This document shows, piece after piece, positions 62,068 through 64,000 of a stretch of DNA of 64,000 nt (the first letter of the stretch is position 1; each line of letters starts with the position of its first letter). The notes under the pieces were generated by a model. It was not told the DNA's origin, did not search any database, and was given only the letters and a program-made list of their open reading frames with translations. A program made the position numbers and the translations under genes. Source of the stretch: Clostridia bacterium (GTDB lineage: Bacteria > Bacillota > Clostridia > Peptostreptococcales > Acidaminobacteraceae); assembly GCA_018399635.1 (NCBI GenBank), contig JAGYOH010000015.1, positions 10,880 to 74,879 on the forward strand, in the 5' to 3' direction.

Positions 62068-63093
62068 TTAATATAGTGCTTTGATCGCTTCCAGGAAATA
62101 GCCGTCGTTGTCCTCAAGGAACTTGTCATAGACCGGGGTGACCAGGGCTTCGAATTCCTTTGGATCATTCACGGCATTGAATTCCATGCCCAGGGATTCC
62201 AGTTCGGCCTTGGCCTTGGCTTCATCATCCTTCTGAACCTTGCCCAAGGCCACGGCGGCATCCAGACCCGCCGTCCTGAACAAGTCCTGGTCCTCGGCGC
62301 TCATCCCCTCCAGCAGGTCCTTGTTCATCTGCAGGGCGGCAAAGGCAAAGAAATGACCTGTTTCCGAGACATACTTCTGGACTTCGTTGATCTTGTAGTC
62401 ACGGGTGGTGACGATGGTGTTTTCATGGGCGTCGATAGTCCCCTGCTGCAGGGCGGTGAACACCTCGCTCCATGCCATGGCCTGGGTGTTGGCTCCCAGG
62501 GCTTTGAAGGTGTCGATGTAGATTTCACTTTCAGCCACCCGGATTTTCAAGTTTTCCAGATCCGCCGGGCTGTAGACGGGCTTGACGTTGCTGGTGAGAT
62601 GTCTGAATCCCCGGGGCATGAAGGACAGCGTGGTCATGCCGACTTCATCTGACAGGGCGTAGAATTCCTTGGAAAGGTCCGAGGCCAGGAACTTTTCAAC
62701 ATGTTCCCAGTCCAGGAACAGGTAGGGAAGATCCTGTACTGCGGCGGCCGGTACGAACTGGTTGATGTCCGAGGCGGTGATGATGGTCAGTTCAACGTTG
62801 CCGACCTGCAGGGACTCCATGAGCTCTCGGTCAACCCCCAGTTGTCCGGCGGGATAGATGTCAATCTCGTATTTGCCGCCTGACCGCTCCTCCACCAGTC
62901 TCTTGAACTCATGAGCAAAATTGTCGTAGGCCGTATCGGGGGCCGCAATGTGACCGAGTTTCATCACGATGGGTTCCTGGGTGTCCGACCCGGCGCCGCC
63001 ATCTGATGCCGCAGGCTCAGGGGTGCTGGCACAGGCCGTGAAAAGCAGGACCATGACCAGCATCAGACCAACCACTCTTAAACTTTTTTTCAT
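62068..63093 (-). CDS. dctP: TRAP transporter substrate-binding protein (DctP family), lipoprotein
   Basis: The ATG at 63093, 8 nt after GAGGAGGG, gives MKKSLRVVGLMLVMVLLFTAC (lipobox), then a DctP-type domain. Confidence 0.9.
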   Translation of the reverse strand: MKKSLRVVGLMLVMVLLFTACASTPEPAASDGGAGSDTQEPIVMKLGHIAAPDTAYDNFAHEFKRLVEERSGGKYEIDIYPAGQLGVDRELMESLQVGNVELTIITASDINQFVPAAAVQDLPYLFLDWEHVEKFLASDLSKEFYALSDEVGMTTLSFMPRGFRHLTSNVKPVYSPADLENLKIRVAESEIYIDTFKALGANTQAMAWSEVFTALQQGTIDAHENTIVTTRDYKINEVQKYVSETGHFFAFAALQMNKDLLEGMSAEDQDLFRTAGLDAAVALGKVQKDDEAKAKAELESLGMEFNAVNDPKEFEALVTPVYDKFLEDNDGYFLEAIKALY

Positions 63094-63141
63094 TTTTTTA
63101 CCCTCCTCAGTGTTTTGCATCTCGACTCAACAGTTTTTCAG

Positions 63142-63159
63142 CATTGCCAAACTATGTTC
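63142..63159. promoter_or_regulatory. recurrent 18-nt motif, copy B (ATTGCCAAACTATGTTCT)
   Basis: Located in the dctP 5' UTR region. Confidence 0.5.
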
Positions 63160-63186
63160 TCTTGAAAGGTGAAAAAATAAGTTTTG

Positions 63187-63204
63187 TAATGCCGAATCGT
63201 ATTC
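63187..63204. promoter_or_regulatory. recurrent 18-nt motif, copy D (AATGCCGAATCGTATTCT, most divergent)
   Basis: It begins 11 nt downstream of the dctP -10 element. Confidence 0.4.
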
Positions 63205-63214
63205 TGTTATTTAA

Positions 63215-63243
63215 AATATTACAGGATAAGACGGCTTTTGTAA
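63215..63243 (-). promoter_or_regulatory. promoter for the dctPQM-hydrolase operon
   Basis: Minus strand TTTACA-17 nt-TAATAT. Confidence 0.55.
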
Positions 63244-63266
63244 AGGTTTTTTTGCATTTAATTTAT

Positions 63267-63284
63267 TATTGCCAAATCATGTTC
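63267..63284. promoter_or_regulatory. recurrent 18-nt motif, copy C (ATTGCCAAATCATGTTCT)
   Basis: Located 24 nt upstream of the dctP -35 element. Confidence 0.5.
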
Positions 63285-63303
63285 TTGTATATGGAAATAC
63301 CCA

Positions 63304-63337
63304 GAAAAAAAACCGGAAATCAACTCATCGATTTCCG
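63304..63337 (-). terminator. intrinsic terminator after the M23 peptidase gene
   Basis: Minus strand: CCGGAAATC-(8 nt)-GATTTCCGG, a perfect 9-bp stem followed by T8. Confidence 0.75.
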
Positions 63338-63363
63338 GCATGGGCCTGACCTGGGCTTCCTGC

Positions 63364-64000
63364 TCAGAAAACCGGCTTTTCTAAAAACAGGAAGGGGTCC
63401 AGATTCGTGGTATAGTGGGTGATCATCCAGTGGAGATGGGGCCCCGTTGAAAAACCGGTGGAGCCGACGGTGCCGATCATTTCACCCCTCAGCACCTTGT
63501 CCCCCTCCTCCACCATCAACTGGTCCAGGTGGTAGTAAACGCTGAAAATTCCCAGTCCATGATCCATGACAATGGTGTTTCCCGTAAGAATCAAGGATCT
63601 TGACAGGGTGACCCTGCCGGTATTGCCGGCCAGTATGGGGGTCCCCTGGCTGATGGCGATGTCGATACCGGAATGACGGTAGGAGGTCAGGGACCCGTTG
63701 ACGTAGCGGTAAACCCCGAACTCGGTGGATATCCTGCCCTCGACGGGCTGAAGGAAGACATCGCTGAAATAGGGGGTTTCACTGGAGACCTGCCGGGCAG
63801 GCTCCATGTACCGGTCAAATTCCTCATAGGCCTCGTCATTGCGGGTTTCCTCGGCCACCTCTTCGTCGATGGTCAGATATTGAACCCCGAACTCCCTGGC
63901 CTCCACCTCCAGTTCAAAAACAAAGGGCAGGCCCAGATGGTCGCTTTCCACTTCAAAGTCATAGGTTCCCGGCTGCGTCCAGTAACTGATGGGGACAATG
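63364..64000 (-). CDS. M23-family metallopeptidase (C-terminal part; 5' end beyond the right edge)
   Basis: ...HSGIDIAISQGTPILAGNTGRV...DHGLGIFSVYYHL...GSTGFSTGPHLHW (HxxxD and HxH motifs). The frame stays open upstream of the track's GTG at 63951 to the window edge. Confidence 0.88.
   Translation of the reverse strand, partial: IVPISYWTQPGTYDFEVESDHLGLPFVFELEVEAREFGVQYLTIDEEVAEETRNDEAYEEFDRYMEPARQVSSETPYFSDVFLQPVEGRISTEFGVYRYVNGSLTSYRHSGIDIAISQGTPILAGNTGRVTLSRSLILTGNTIVMDHGLGIFSVYYHLDQLMVEEGDKVLRGEMIGTVGSTGFSTGPHLHWMITHYTTNLDPFLFLEKPVF

Overview
This 64-kb window comes from a roughly 56 % G+C, Clostridia-like Firmicute chromosome. It is almost fully coding and most genes are on the minus strand.

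**Gene content, left to right**
- A housekeeping block: recJ, a lapA-like gene, secF, secD, then yajC, tgt, queA, a SpoIID-domain gene, ruvB and ruvA. It is interrupted by a SCIFF ranthipeptide operon whose 46-aa precursor is missing from the ORF track.
- A long co-directional run: GGDEF cyclase, mtaD, a trans-sulfuration PLP enzyme, an EamA exporter, a GlnK/GlnL-like two-component pair and nhaC.
- UPF0182, a pgsA-like gene, LysR, DUF503, mgsA, NRDE, deoC, pduL, an Isf flavoprotein and hpt.
- An RND pump and adaptor directly preceded by a stripped-down Tad/Flp pilus module.
- An aldo/keto-reductase pseudogene that appears split by a lower-G+C three-gene insertion: a membrane acyltransferase, an F390-synthetase/PaaK-like adenylating enzyme and a FolT-like ECF S component.
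- A B3/4-domain protein and a nucleoside hydrolase, tRNA-Pro(GGG), a minimal sufC-sufB/D pair, a lysine riboswitch with lysC, and ybjQ.
- A tag-tauE-sulP-(GNAT/RimK fusion)-capA operon.
- A dioxygenase-less meta-cleavage 'lower pathway' with an IclR regulator, a TRAP importer and a recurrent 18-nt motif.
- A partial M23 peptidase at the right edge.

I saw no rRNA, CRISPR array, transposase, integrase or phage genes.

**Limits**
- All calls rest on reading the translations and sequence by eye. Family names are recalled, not searched.
- The track takes the longest ATG/GTG/TTG ORF, so I trimmed many starts to the first start codon with a Shine-Dalgarno sequence.
- Small-motif coordinates are hand-indexed and may be off by 1-2 nt.
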